Positions 28,702 through 39,064 of a stretch of 64,000 bases of DNA are shown one piece after another. Origin of the DNA: Candidatus Latescibacterota bacterium (GTDB lineage Bacteria > Latescibacterota > UBA2968 > UBA8231); the NCBI GenBank assembly GCA_036011085.1, contig DASCMS010000003.1, forward strand, positions 7,059 to 71,058, written 5' to 3'. Within the stretch, counting starts at the first letter, position 1. Every line of letters starts with the position of its first letter. Made by a program: the position numbers and the translations under genes. Below the pieces are notes generated by a model. The model saw only the letters and a list, made by a program, of their open reading frames with translations. It was not told the DNA's origin and did no database searches.

Positions 28702-30254
28702 TCACCGGTGGTACCGTCATCGACGGGACGGGCGCACCCCGCAAACGGTCCGACGTAGGCGTCACCGCTGACCGCATCACAGCGGTGGCGGACGATCTGT
28801 CCACTGTCGAGGCTGGCAATCGCATCGACGCCACCGGGAAGATCGTAGCACCGGGGTTCGTCGACGTGCACAACCACTCCGACGCCTGGCTGCGCAAGAT
28901 CCCTCACCTCGTGCCCAAGACTGCTCAGGGCTTCACCACAGAGGTGATCATGGCGGATGGAATCTCCTACGCCCCCGTCGACGAGGACACCGCACCGGAG
29001 TGGATCTACTACCTGCGCTCGCTCAACGCCCTGCAGTTCGAGGAATACAGCGGCTGGCGTTCCCTCGCCGACTACATGGCCGGCCTCGACCGGCGCATGG
29101 CACAGAATGCGATCACTCACCTGCCATATGCCAACGTCAAGGCCATGGCCGCCGGCTGGGGTCGGGGCGTACCCGACGACTTCCAGATGACGATCATGCA
29201 GGCTGACATCGAACGGGGCATGGCCGAGGGTGCCGTGGGCGTGTCTTTCGGCATCGACTACATCGCCCAGTGTTTCTCCACGACACGCGAGATGGTGGAG
29301 GCCTGCGCCCCCATGTCCCCCCATGGACTCTACGTCACCCATGTGCGCTACAAGAAGGGAACCCTGGAAGGCGTGCGGGAAGCTGTCGACATCGGCCGCA
29401 GGGCCAACGTCCCCGTCCACATATCCCATCTGAAGGGCACGACTCCGGAACAGATCGACGAGCTGCTGAGCTACATCGACAACACCGCACGCAATGAGGT
29501 GAGTTTCTCATTCGACGTCTACCCCTACCTGCCGGGCTCGACGATGCTCAATTTCCTGCTGCCGTACGACGTCTGGGAAGACGGCCCCCTGCAGGTTCTG
29601 CCGAAGCTCCGCGATCGCCGTGTCCGGCGGGAATTCGCCCGGGGCCTGGTGGCATCGAAGACGAATCTCGAAGATGTGCACATCGCCTGGTTGCCCGGCC
29701 GCGAAAACACCCGACACATCGGCAAACTGCTGTCCGAGTACGTGACCGAGGTCGGCAAAGCGCCGGAGGACGCGCTCTGCGATCTGCTCATCGAGGAGAA
29801 CCTGGCTGTCCTGCTCGTCTTCCATCATGGCGACGACGGCCTCATCGGTGACTTCCTCGCCCACGAGTGTTACCTGATGGGGACCGACGGGATCTACTTC
29901 CCGGACGGCCGCGTGCACCCTCGCATGTATGGTTCGGCGCCACGAGTCCTCGGGCCCTGCGTGCGTGACGCCGGGCTGTTCAGCCTGGAAGTGGCCGTGG
30001 CCAAGCTGAGCGATCGCCCGGCGCGACGTTTCGGCTGCGCTGAGAGGGGGCAGGTGCGGGAGGGCTGGTCTGCCGATCTCGTCGTCTTCGACGAGGAGAC
30101 GGTGGCCGACACGGCCACTTATGCCGATCCCCACCAGCTCCCCATCGGCATCGACCATGTCGTCGTCAACGGCACACCTGTCATCGCCGGGGGTGTCGCC
30201 GTCGATGACCTGACCGACCCGCTGCCGGGACGCTCGCTCACGTTTCAACCATGA
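28686..30254 (+). CDS. N-acyl-D-amino-acid deacylase (D-aminoacylase) family amidohydrolase
   Basis: [46 protein letters not shown]; start moved to ATG 28686. Confidence 0.9.
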   Translation: MFDLVITGGTVIDGTGAPRKRSDVGVTADRITAVADDLSTVEAGNRIDATGKIVAPGFVDVHNHSDAWLRKIPHLVPKTAQGFTTEVIMADGISYAPVDEDTAPEWIYYLRSLNALQFEEYSGWRSLADYMAGLDRRMAQNAITHLPYANVKAMAAGWGRGVPDDFQMTIMQADIERGMAEGAVGVSFGIDYIAQCFSTTREMVEACAPMSPHGLYVTHVRYKKGTLEGVREAVDIGRRANVPVHISHLKGTTPEQIDELLSYIDNTARNEVSFSFDVYPYLPGSTMLNFLLPYDVWEDGPLQVLPKLRDRRVRREFARGLVASKTNLEDVHIAWLPGRENTRHIGKLLSEYVTEVGKAPEDALCDLLIEENLAVLLVFHHGDDGLIGDFLAHECYLMGTDGIYFPDGRVHPRMYGSAPRVLGPCVRDAGLFSLEVAVAKLSDRPARRFGCAERGQVREGWSADLVVFDEETVADTATYADPHQLPIGIDHVVVNGTPVIAGGVAVDDLTDPLPGRSLTFQP

Positions 30255-31246
30255 ACCGCCCCCCCGAGGAATTCGTCCGCGTCGACCCCGAATCACTGCG
30301 CCTGTTCTGCACCGGTTGCCTGCACGCAGCGGGCATGACGACGGCCCATGCCGAGCAGCTGGCCGGGTTGCTCGTCAACTCCGATCTGCGTGGCGTACGG
30401 TCCCACGGGACACGCAGTCTCGGCGGTTATGCGGGAGCCATCCGCAGCCGCAAGGTGAACCCAAACCCGGACATACGGATCCTGAGCGAAACCGACACCT
30501 CGATCCACATCGATGGCGACGGCAGCCTGGGGTATGCGCCCACCATGCTGGCCACCCAGATGTGCATCGAAAAGGCCAAGGCCAGGGGTACGGCAGTCGG
30601 CGCTGTTCTGGGCATCGGGCACTACGGTTCAGCGGGCCACTACGTGCGCCGCGCCATGGAGGAGGGACTGGTGGGTTTCTCGGTGCAGAGCGCCTCTCCT
30701 CAGTACTACCGCAGCAACGAGGGCAACCGCGCCGCCCACTACGGCAATCCTCCCATGTGCTGGGGACTGCCGAGCGAAGACGAGGCCCCCGTCGTCCTCG
30801 ACGGGGCTACGTGCATCCTGGCCGACTATCAGCGGGGCGAGGAGTTCGAGGAGCTGGAGGAGAAGATTCCGGCGGCCTTCTTCAAGTCGATGGGCTACAC
30901 CGCCATCGGCACTGCCATGGGCGGCGCCTTCGCCGGCCAGGCAACCGAGCGCGCCCGGGAGATCGGCCAGACCTGGCCGGCAGCCCGCATGGGCGGCATG
31001 ATCTGGCTCGTCAACGCCTCGCTGTTTGTCCCCGAGGGCATGTTCCAGGGCGCCGTGGACGACATGGTGCGTCTGGCACGGGAGGAGCTGACGCCCCTGC
31101 GCGGTTATCCGGAGGCGACACTGCCAGGCGCTGTCGAGCACCGCCTTGAGGCCGAGTACAGCGCCGAGGGCATCAAGATGGGGCCGCAGGAAAAGGAACG
31201 CCTGACCGAGGTCGGTCGCGACTTCGGCGTGGAAACTCCCTGGTAG
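30251..31246 (+). CDS. Ldh_2 family oxidoreductase (AllD/ComC-like)
   Basis: SDLRGVRSHG, IDGDGSLG, GHYGSAG, YGNPP. Confidence 0.88.
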   Translation: MNRPPEEFVRVDPESLRLFCTGCLHAAGMTTAHAEQLAGLLVNSDLRGVRSHGTRSLGGYAGAIRSRKVNPNPDIRILSETDTSIHIDGDGSLGYAPTMLATQMCIEKAKARGTAVGAVLGIGHYGSAGHYVRRAMEEGLVGFSVQSASPQYYRSNEGNRAAHYGNPPMCWGLPSEDEAPVVLDGATCILADYQRGEEFEELEEKIPAAFFKSMGYTAIGTAMGGAFAGQATERAREIGQTWPAARMGGMIWLVNASLFVPEGMFQGAVDDMVRLAREELTPLRGYPEATLPGAVEHRLEAEYSAEGIKMGPQEKERLTEVGRDFGVETPW

Positions 31247-31265
31247 TCGACTCGGCGGAAGGAGG

Positions 31266-32165
31266 TCACTCTGCGGCGTTCAGCACGGTGTGTGCGAGAT
31301 GCCAGTCCTCGATGTGGTTGAGGATGGTGGCCTCTGCCGGCAGGCTGCCGTCGTCGGTGCGACCCAGGCTGTTGTGGATGTCAGCACGTTTTTCCGCCTG
31401 GTGTTTTCGATTCCGCACGTAGGTGTTCCATTCCGTCACCGCTGTTGACACGTCGCGGCCTTCGAGACGTCCGATGATCCACGCCTCGAACTGCAGGTAC
31501 GAGGGCCGTTCGCTGCTGAGATGATCGTTCACCTCGTCCCGGTCCAGACCCAGCACTTCGACGATGACACGTCTGTCGAGCCCGCCGCCCAATCCAGGGT
31601 ACTCGGCGTGCAGCAGTCCGGAGGACTCGAGCACCACCTTGTGCCACGTCCGGGGTAACTGGCACACCCCCAGCGGACCGAAATCCAGCGAGCTGACCAA
31701 CGGCACGACACGGCCTCGCCAGGCCGCCAGTTCCGCCCCCGACAGATCCCGTTCGAACCAGAAGTGCCAGTCTTCCAGGAAATTGAGCACGACCGCGCTC
31801 GTCACGCCGGAGTTGGCCGGGAAACGTAGCGTGCCGTAGATGTCGTCGAGTTTCGACTGTTTGTGCACACGGTCGGCGATGAGTCCGTTCCACTCACTGC
31901 GGACGCCGTCGTCAGGCACGCCGACCTGAGAGACCACCCAGGCCTCGAAGGTCAGATAGTCGGGCCGTGTTTCGTGGAGATAGGTGAGGACGGCGAACTT
32001 GTCCAGACCCAGTCGCTCGAGCACCAAGCTGTCGAGGCCACCCGTGGCTTCCGGGTAGTCGTCGGCGAGATGGCCGGCGGCGTTGAGTGAAACCTTCCAC
32101 CACGTGCGTGGCAGCTGGCAGACCCCCAGGGGGCCGTAACAGAGACTGCTGACGAGTGGGATCAT
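31266..32165 (-). CDS. Protein of two tandem DUF5069-like domains
   Basis: Internal duplication: PLVSSL..GPLGVCQLPRTW.KV...GGLD..V...LGLD...YL.FEAW...LN..EDWH occurs twice. Confidence 0.75.
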   Translation of the reverse strand: MIPLVSSLCYGPLGVCQLPRTWWKVSLNAAGHLADDYPEATGGLDSLVLERLGLDKFAVLTYLHETRPDYLTFEAWVVSQVGVPDDGVRSEWNGLIADRVHKQSKLDDIYGTLRFPANSGVTSAVVLNFLEDWHFWFERDLSGAELAAWRGRVVPLVSSLDFGPLGVCQLPRTWHKVVLESSGLLHAEYPGLGGGLDRRVIVEVLGLDRDEVNDHLSSERPSYLQFEAWIIGRLEGRDVSTAVTEWNTYVRNRKHQAEKRADIHNSLGRTDDGSLPAEATILNHIEDWHLAHTVLNAAE

Positions 32166-32185
32166 AGGGACCGTCTTTCCTTGTT

Positions 32186-33409
32186 TCAGATGACGCCGTC
32201 GGCACGCAGGTGTCGCAGATCGGCCGTCCCCAGACCAAGCCAGCCGCTGAGGATGTCATCTGTGTGCTCGCCGAGCTCTGGCGCAGCAGACACCAGGCGC
32301 GTCTCCGTCGTCGAGAATCGCAAAGGTGGCCCCGGCACGGCCACCTCCCCGCCCGCAAAGGGCTGCCGCTGCAGGATACCCCGGTGGCGTACGTGCGGAT
32401 CAGCGACAACCCGGGCCACGTCGTTTACAGGGCCGCAGGGCACGCCGGCTGTCTCCAGATCTGCGAGCCAGTCGTCGACGGCACGCGTGCGGAAGACGGC
32501 GGCCAACTCGGTTTCGAGATCACCGTGGTTCTCGGTGCGCGATCGGTTGTCGGCGAAACGAGGATCCCCCACCAGGTGCGGGCTGCCGAGGACCTCGCAC
32601 AGTTTGCCGAACAGCCTGTCATTGCCGGCTGCAACAACGACGTACCCATCGTCGGCCGCAAAGAACTGGAAAGGGGTGATCGTCGGATGCCGCGAGCCAA
32701 GGGGCCCCGGCGCCACGCCGGTGACGTCGTAGCGGGCGATGGCGTTCTCCAGCAGCGAGATCTGGCAGTCAAGCATCGACACGTCCACGTGCTGTCCCTG
32801 CCCCGAGGACCGTGCCCGGGTCAGGGCCGCCAGCACGCCGACGGCGCAGAACAGGGCGGCACTGAGATCCGATGTCGACGAGCCCACCCGCACCGGTGGC
32901 TGCCCCGGCAGCCCCGTGATCGAAGCCAGGCCGCTCATGGCCTGCACGATGACGTCGTACGCCGGTCGTGTGGAATAAGGGCCGCTCTGGCCGAACCCGG
33001 AGACCGAGGCGTAGACGATCTTCCGATTCCGCGCTGCCACCGTGTCGTAGTCCAGGCCGAACCGCGCCATGCTGCCCGGGCGGAAGTTCTCCACAAGGAC
33101 ATCACAGCGGACGGCCAGATCCAGTGCCAGCTGGCGACCGCGGTCCGTCCGCAGATCGATGGTAACCGACTTCTTGCCCCGGTTGACGCTGAGAAAGTAG
33201 GCACTCGCCGAGGTCTCACCTTCGTCCCCACCGCCGACGAAGGGACCGAAACCACGCGCCTCATCGCCACTGCCGGGCAGTTCGACTTTGATGACTTCGG
33301 CGCCGAGGTCGGCCAGAACCATGGTGGCGAAGGGTCCCGCCAGCACCCGGGTGAAGTCGAGGATCCGGACGTCTTCGAGCAGGGCCTGCTGTGAAGCATC
33401 GCCGCTCAT
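32186..33409 (-). CDS. CoA-transferase family III (CaiB/BaiF)
   Basis: ILDFTRVLAGP, ADLGAEVIKVE, NRGKKS, ENFRPG, AYDVIVQA, PELGEHT; ATGA overlap fixes start. Confidence 0.93.
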   Translation of the reverse strand: MSGDASQQALLEDVRILDFTRVLAGPFATMVLADLGAEVIKVELPGSGDEARGFGPFVGGGDEGETSASAYFLSVNRGKKSVTIDLRTDRGRQLALDLAVRCDVLVENFRPGSMARFGLDYDTVAARNRKIVYASVSGFGQSGPYSTRPAYDVIVQAMSGLASITGLPGQPPVRVGSSTSDLSAALFCAVGVLAALTRARSSGQGQHVDVSMLDCQISLLENAIARYDVTGVAPGPLGSRHPTITPFQFFAADDGYVVVAAGNDRLFGKLCEVLGSPHLVGDPRFADNRSRTENHGDLETELAAVFRTRAVDDWLADLETAGVPCGPVNDVARVVADPHVRHRGILQRQPFAGGEVAVPGPPLRFSTTETRLVSAAPELGEHTDDILSGWLGLGTADLRHLRADGVI

Positions 33410-35145
33410 GACGGAGCCGGCATGAGGGACGCGCCAGCCCCCGGGGTGGCCACGCCGGCATCCAGATCGAAGGCCGGCAATCCGAGATCGTCCCGCACGA
33501 GCCGCTCGAGGGCGTCGCGCTCTTCTCCGTGGAGGAACCGACGGGAGATCAGGCCACCGACGTTGCCTCCCCAACCGGCGCCGAGGCGCTGCACGGCCCC
33601 CGCTTCGGCGCCGTAACCGAGCAGGAAGTCGTTCAGGGCGGTCACCACGCGGTCGTAGGCCTCCGTCATGCGACCGTAGCCCCCAGGAACGAAGGCCAGG
33701 CGGGCACGCGGATCGTCGGGGGGGCGTGAGGAAAGGTTGGCCAGCTCCTCGGGGCTGACTTCCTTGTCGTAGTCGCCCGCGTGTGAGATCCGCACCAGCT
33801 CGAAGGCGGTAGTGATATCGCCGGCGGCGAGGAAGTCCACCATGGCCGCCACCCGATCCTGTTCAGCCAGACCGAAGGTGAATCGGCGGCGCAGGCGTAC
33901 CGGGAAGTCGGGCGAGATCCGGGGAAACTTGTTGCCGATGTCACGCTCGTGCATGGCGGCGTACGAGGCCCCCACGCCAGCTGCCGCCGCCATGGCCTCG
34001 ACCTCGGACAGCGTCGTCGTCGAGGGCACACAGGCCAGCAGCTCACACAGCTGCGGTGTCGTGATCCCAAGACGTTCAGGGGTGATGTCGCGGATCAGCT
34101 CGATACGTTGACGATAATCCGAGGCCAGGCTCCCCCACCCTGGGGCCCCCGCTTTGGCGGGCAGCAGGAGTTCACGCACGAACCAGGTGCCCAGCGGGTA
34201 GGCGAGCACGGTCTCTTCCTTGCCCGCCTCGTCGTAGACCCGGGGAACACCGCTGTCGAGGATAACGGCGACGTAGTCGGGAGGCAGTGGCGCCGAGCCG
34301 CAGTCCTGCGCCGGGAACACACCCACACTGACCAGAGCCCCCGCCTTGCCGAGAACCATGCCGCCGTGATCGGCCGTTCCCCCGCGGGTGCCGCGGATCC
34401 ATTCGGACGTGCCGACACCGTCGATCGCGTCCTCCCAGCTCATATCGTCGCCGGGCGCGATGTCATGCAGCCTCAGGTAAGCCCAAGCGGTGGAGATCAC
34501 CAGAGCCGAGGAGGAGGACATGCCACCACTTGGTGACACATTGCTGACGATGAGAGCGTCCATGCCCTGCGGTCGTTTCCCCGCCAGACGCAGCCAGCTG
34601 TCAAGATAGACGAGGCCGCCCTGCGGCAGGATGCTCCAGCTGTCGTCGAAGGTCGTACCTGTCGCCCGTTCCCGTTCGGCACAGACGTGTCCGGCGTAGT
34701 CGAGCAACCCCTGGCGGGATTCGATCGGTTCCGTCGCCGCCAGGTCTGACAGGTGAAATTCTGCCGGCTCGAAGCGGCAACCTTCACCGTTGTCATCCAC
34801 GTAGAGGCTACGGAGTCGAATACAATCATCATCGCGGGCCGCCGCGAGGGTGACGGTGTCGTGCCCGCGGACGGCCAGGTGCAGGCTCGGCATGCCACCA
34901 TAGTCGATATGCATCCCGGCGATATTCATCTGCCCCGGGCACCGGGAGATTGCCAGGGACCGGCTCTCGTCCTGATCCGGGAATGCCGTGTCGAAGGCAT
35001 CGAGGGCCTCCAGGAGCCGACCCCGCCAGGCAGGGGCAGCGTCAGCGTACAGAGCCAGCAGGTATTGCCAGAGGTCGCCGGACTCCGCTGCGAGGGCCCG
35101 ACGCCAGATCGCCACTGAAGCGGCGGACAGATTCTTCTCCCCCAC
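33406..35145 (-). CDS. Divergent galactokinase-like GHMP sugar kinase
   Basis: CPGQMNIAGMHIDY, PSGGMSSSSAL, GGTADH, LGAGWGG, PGAGA. Confidence 0.8.
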   Translation of the reverse strand: MGEKNLSAASVAIWRRALAAESGDLWQYLLALYADAAPAWRGRLLEALDAFDTAFPDQDESRSLAISRCPGQMNIAGMHIDYGGMPSLHLAVRGHDTVTLAAARDDDCIRLRSLYVDDNGEGCRFEPAEFHLSDLAATEPIESRQGLLDYAGHVCAERERATGTTFDDSWSILPQGGLVYLDSWLRLAGKRPQGMDALIVSNVSPSGGMSSSSALVISTAWAYLRLHDIAPGDDMSWEDAIDGVGTSEWIRGTRGGTADHGGMVLGKAGALVSVGVFPAQDCGSAPLPPDYVAVILDSGVPRVYDEAGKEETVLAYPLGTWFVRELLLPAKAGAPGWGSLASDYRQRIELIRDITPERLGITTPQLCELLACVPSTTTLSEVEAMAAAAGVGASYAAMHERDIGNKFPRISPDFPVRLRRRFTFGLAEQDRVAAMVDFLAAGDITTAFELVRISHAGDYDKEVSPEELANLSSRPPDDPRARLAFVPGGYGRMTEAYDRVVTALNDFLLGYGAEAGAVQRLGAGWGGNVGGLISRRFLHGEERDALERLVRDDLGLPAFDLDAGVATPGAGASLMPAPS

Positions 35146-35148
35146 GCC

Positions 35149-35646
35149 TTACTCCAGGGCCGCCACGTCGATCACCTCACCATCGACGGTGACGGTACCA
35201 CCATAGGTGATGGGGTCGGTCGATGCGTCGATGGTCATGTCCACCACGATGGGCCCTTCCCCTTCCTCATTCTCGAAAGTCAGATCTCCTTTCACCGTGA
35301 TCGGCGAGGCCAGCAGGTCCATGGCCAGAGCACCGGCCAGTATGAAGACGCCATCCGGCGAGTAGTCCTCGAAACGAAAGGTGCTGCCCTCGACGACGAT
35401 CTGCCCGCCCCCGGCACCGGGCACCGTACCGCCACCGACGAAGAGCAGCCCGATGGCCTGCTCCACCGCCGCATTCATCTGTTCCAGCACCTGATCGTCG
35501 AGTGTGACGCCTCCCGTATCGGGCCCGATGACGTTGTCGGCACCGTCATCGGCACCGCCATCGTCGTCGTCGTTGCAGGCGAGCAGCAGCACGCAAGCCA
35601 GAGCACAGGTCAGACCCCTTACGCCGTGAGTCAGTATTCGTGTCAT
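35149..35646 (-). CDS. Acidic lipoprotein of unknown function
   Basis: Lipobox LLA-C followed by Asp/Gly linker and beta-rich domain. Confidence 0.75.
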   Translation of the reverse strand: MTRILTHGVRGLTCALACVLLLACNDDDDGGADDGADNVIGPDTGGVTLDDQVLEQMNAAVEQAIGLLFVGGGTVPGAGGGQIVVEGSTFRFEDYSPDGVFILAGALAMDLLASPITVKGDLTFENEEGEGPIVVDMTIDASTDPITYGGTVTVDGEVIDVAALE

Positions 35647-35670
35647 TTCAGTCTCTCCGGCGTCACGGCG

Positions 35671-36471
35671 TCACGCCGTCGGCGCCTGGAGCAACTGCTG
35701 CAGCCGCTCCGGCAGATTGGTGAGAATGCCATCGACACCGCAGCCGATCAACCGCAGCATCTCCTCTGTTTCGTCAGCGAAGAACGGGTTGACCTCCATA
35801 CCCCGGGCGTGGGCGTCGTCCACAAGGGCCTTTGTCGTCATCCCATGTCCCGGTTGCAGGATACGGCACCCGATGCGCTCGCTGCGGGCCACGTAATCGT
35901 CTGCCGGTGTTACGGAAAGGTTGCAGACCTCCAGCGACGGCTCCCTCTGTCGTGCACAGACGAGAGTCGCCTCGTCTGCAGCCATGAAGGCGTTGTCCAA
36001 CCGACCGGCCGCCGCGAGAACGTCGACGACCTCCGGCGCCACCAGTTGTCGATCATGATCGTACGCCTTCACATGCACATTCAAGCGCACGGCATCCGGG
36101 ATCAGGTCGAGGGCCTCTTCGAAGACGAGAAACCGTTCACCGGAGAAGGTGGCGTCGAACCAGCTGCCGGCGTCCAGGGCAAGGATTTCTGCTGTTGTCA
36201 GTCCCGCCACACGGCCGCTGCCGTCGCTGGTTCGGTCCACCGTGCCGTCGTGGATCAGGAGCAACCCGCCATCGGCACTGCGGTGCACGTCGAGCTCGAT
36301 GCTCTCCACGCCAAGACGAACGGCCTCGGCGAAGGCGACCGCGGTGTTCTCCGGATGGGTGCCGGAGGCGCCTCTGTGCGCGACGACCGCGAGCGGTCGT
36401 TTATGAGTTTCCGGGCAAACTGCGCCCGGAAGCTCTGACGACTGATCCGGGGATGCGCCGGCCTGACTCAC
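35671..36471 (-). CDS. Glycerophosphodiester phosphodiesterase family protein
   Basis: AHRGASGTHPENT, ELDVH, IHDGTVDRT, GVDGILTN; GTGA overlap start at 36471. Confidence 0.9.
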   Translation of the reverse strand: MSQAGASPDQSSELPGAVCPETHKRPLAVVAHRGASGTHPENTAVAFAEAVRLGVESIELDVHRSADGGLLLIHDGTVDRTSDGSGRVAGLTTAEILALDAGSWFDATFSGERFLVFEEALDLIPDAVRLNVHVKAYDHDRQLVAPEVVDVLAAAGRLDNAFMAADEATLVCARQREPSLEVCNLSVTPADDYVARSERIGCRILQPGHGMTTKALVDDAHARGMEVNPFFADETEEMLRLIGCGVDGILTNLPERLQQLLQAPTA

Positions 36472-37595
36472 TTGTGGATCTCTTCGTGGGCCTGGGCGTA
36501 TCTGGACAGGGCGCTCAGATCCAGGTCGCAGCCCAGTCCTGGTTTCTCCGGAGTGGCCACATAGCCGTCGACGAACTCGATGGGCTCGGTGATGAGGTCG
36601 TCTTCGCGGGTCCAACTGCCGACGAAGTCGGAGGCCATCGTGCAGTTCGGTGCCAGAGCCGCCGCGTGGATGTAGGAGGTGTCCATGATGCCCAGGTCGT
36701 TGCCGGACCCGTGCCAGCAGGGCATGTCGGCGGCGGCGGCGATGTGGGCCAGATCGGGCATGCTCACCGGCCCGGAGCCAAGATTGAAGCAGTCGACGCA
36801 TCCGGCCTGCAGCGCTTCCAGCATCTTGGCTCCGGATCCCAGGTGCATGGCGATGGGTGCTTCCACCTCTTCGTGGATACGGACCCAGCCTTCGATATCG
36901 GATTTTGGAATCGGATCCTCGAAGACCTCGACATTACCGAGAGCCACGAGCCGGTGGGCCAACTCGATGGCCTGCTCCGCTGTGTGGAACCGTTCGTTCG
37001 GATCGACGGTCACCTTGAACTCGACACCGCCCACATCGCGCATGGCACGCAGTCGATCCTCCATCGGCTCATCCAGTTTGCACTTGATCTTAACCCCGTG
37101 GAAACCGTGTTCAAGCGCTCGTGCCACACTCCGCCTGCCATCTTCCGGCGTCTGATGTCCCATCCAGTAATCGGCGCGAACACGCGACCGGACAGCACCG
37201 CCGAGCAACGCGTGGATCGGTTGCCATCGAGCCCGCCCCACCAGGTCAAGCACGGCCATCTCGAACGCCTGATACGCCGGACCACCGCCAACACCTGCCG
37301 GTACTCCCAGCTCCGTACCGTCCAGCACACGCCCGTCACCGACAGCATAGACATCACGCAGGCACAGGACCTCAGGGTCGCACCCCAGCAACACTCGAGC
37401 CCCTTCCTGCACCTGCTCAAGGGGCACGCCACGCCCGGTCTCGCCAATGCCATGCAGTTCCGTATCCGTATTCAGCCTGAGGATGTGTTTCGGCACCTGA
37501 TCCCAGCCCGTCTCGGGAACCCACTCGGGGCTGTGCACCCGCCCTGGAATCGTCGCCACGACAACGGTCCATACATCGACACTGGTGATCTTCAC
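36468..37595 (-). CDS. Mandelate racemase/muconate lactonizing enzyme family (enolase superfamily)
   Basis: KITSVDV, GIGET, KIKCK, VDPNE, FEDPI; GTGA overlap start with GGAGG RBS. Confidence 0.88.
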   Translation of the reverse strand: MKITSVDVWTVVVATIPGRVHSPEWVPETGWDQVPKHILRLNTDTELHGIGETGRGVPLEQVQEGARVLLGCDPEVLCLRDVYAVGDGRVLDGTELGVPAGVGGGPAYQAFEMAVLDLVGRARWQPIHALLGGAVRSRVRADYWMGHQTPEDGRRSVARALEHGFHGVKIKCKLDEPMEDRLRAMRDVGGVEFKVTVDPNERFHTAEQAIELAHRLVALGNVEVFEDPIPKSDIEGWVRIHEEVEAPIAMHLGSGAKMLEALQAGCVDCFNLGSGPVSMPDLAHIAAAADMPCWHGSGNDLGIMDTSYIHAAALAPNCTMASDFVGSWTREDDLITEPIEFVDGYVATPEKPGLGCDLDLSALSRYAQAHEEIHK

Positions 37596-39064
37596 GTGGT
37601 TGCCTCCCGGTTCATTGTGGCCGGCGCCCATCTCGTTCCGATGGCACAGACGACGAAGTTCAACCCGAGGCCGACGACGCCGGCGTGGAATCCGTACACC
37701 TTCGTCATCCCGGCAGCCGTGCACCCGAGAGCCACCGCCAGACCGGCCAGCATGCCGCCCAGGGCCACCCCGGCCCCCAGTCTCTTCCAGTAGAGCCCGA
37801 GGAAGAAGCATGGTACGATCTGAATCAGAACTTCAAACTTCAGTTCCAGCAGGCGTACAAGGGTCTTGTCGGTACCGATGGCGATGACGACGAGGGCGGC
37901 GACGACGACCCACGAGACCACCTTACCCACCATCGTGAGTTCGGCCTCGGTGCTGTCCGGGCGAAAATGTACCTGATAGATATCTCTGGTGAACATCGAA
38001 GAAATACTCAGCAGTGCCGAGTCCGCCGTCGACATCAGGGCGGCCAGCGCCGCGGCGAAGATGACGACGACCAGCCAGTACCCGGCCACCGACTGCTGCA
38101 TGATCAGGGCACACAGCCGGGCCAGAACCTGATCGGTGCCAACACCTTCGATTCCCGGCAGCACAACGCGCCCGGTGACGCCGCAGATCATGGCGATAAG
38201 GGTTGTCGTCAACGGCAGGAAGGCCATCACCGCCAGGGACCGCTTCAGCGATCGCACATTCTTGCTGGCGTACAACCGCTGGATGGCCTGCGGATAGATG
38301 GCGGCGCCGCAGCCCAGCAGCAGGATGAAACTGATCCACGTGTTGCACGTCTCCAGGGATGGCACTGTCACCATGGCTGGTTCACTGAGGCTCAATGTCT
38401 CGACGACGCGTGTCAGCCCGCCTCCGAGTCCGGGGACGACGAAGAGCAGGATGGAGAATCCCGTCAACAGTACCACGCCCTGAATCACATCCGTCCAGGC
38501 CACCGAGCGCATGCCGCCCAGGGTCTCATAGATGACCATGATGACGGCCAGGGCGATGATCCCGTACGCCGATGGCATCTGGCCGTCCGTGATGCCCTCG
38601 ACGGCAGCTCCCATCGCCTTCAGCTGAGCCAGGGTGTAGTTGCCGAGAGCGTAGATCATCAGGATCGTCGCCAGCAGCGTCAGCACCGGTGAGCCGAAGC
38701 GATGCCGGATGTAGTCCCCCGGCGTGATGAAGTCGGCTTTGCGCGCCACGGCGACGAGGCGGGGCGCAAACAGCAGATAACCGACGATGATGGAGAACAT
38801 GAACAGCACCGACACCGTCCACTCGAAGCCGATGCGGTACGACTTGCCCGTGTAGCCGAACATGGTGTTGCCACTGTATTGCGTCGCGTAGAGTGTCAGC
38901 AGCAGCACGGCGAATCCCATGGACCGCCCGGCCAGGTAGAAGTCGACCATGCTGTCGCTCTGACGCCGCATACGTCCCAGCCAGCCGACGCCGATCATCG
39001 ACACCAGGTACAGGGCGATGACGGCCAGGGCTCCCGGGCCGAATCCGAGTCCCGTCACATCCAT
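37592..39064 (-). CDS. Sodium:solute symporter (SSS)
   Basis: FYLAGRSMG, GGMRSVAWTDVIQG, AALMSTADS, about 13 TM. Confidence 0.93.
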   Translation of the reverse strand: MDVTGLGFGPGALAVIALYLVSMIGVGWLGRMRRQSDSMVDFYLAGRSMGFAVLLLTLYATQYSGNTMFGYTGKSYRIGFEWTVSVLFMFSIIVGYLLFAPRLVAVARKADFITPGDYIRHRFGSPVLTLLATILMIYALGNYTLAQLKAMGAAVEGITDGQMPSAYGIIALAVIMVIYETLGGMRSVAWTDVIQGVVLLTGFSILLFVVPGLGGGLTRVVETLSLSEPAMVTVPSLETCNTWISFILLLGCGAAIYPQAIQRLYASKNVRSLKRSLAVMAFLPLTTTLIAMICGVTGRVVLPGIEGVGTDQVLARLCALIMQQSVAGYWLVVVIFAAALAALMSTADSALLSISSMFTRDIYQVHFRPDSTEAELTMVGKVVSWVVVAALVVIAIGTDKTLVRLLELKFEVLIQIVPCFFLGLYWKRLGAGVALGGMLAGLAVALGCTAAGMTKVYGFHAGVVGLGLNFVVCAIGTRWAPATMNREATT

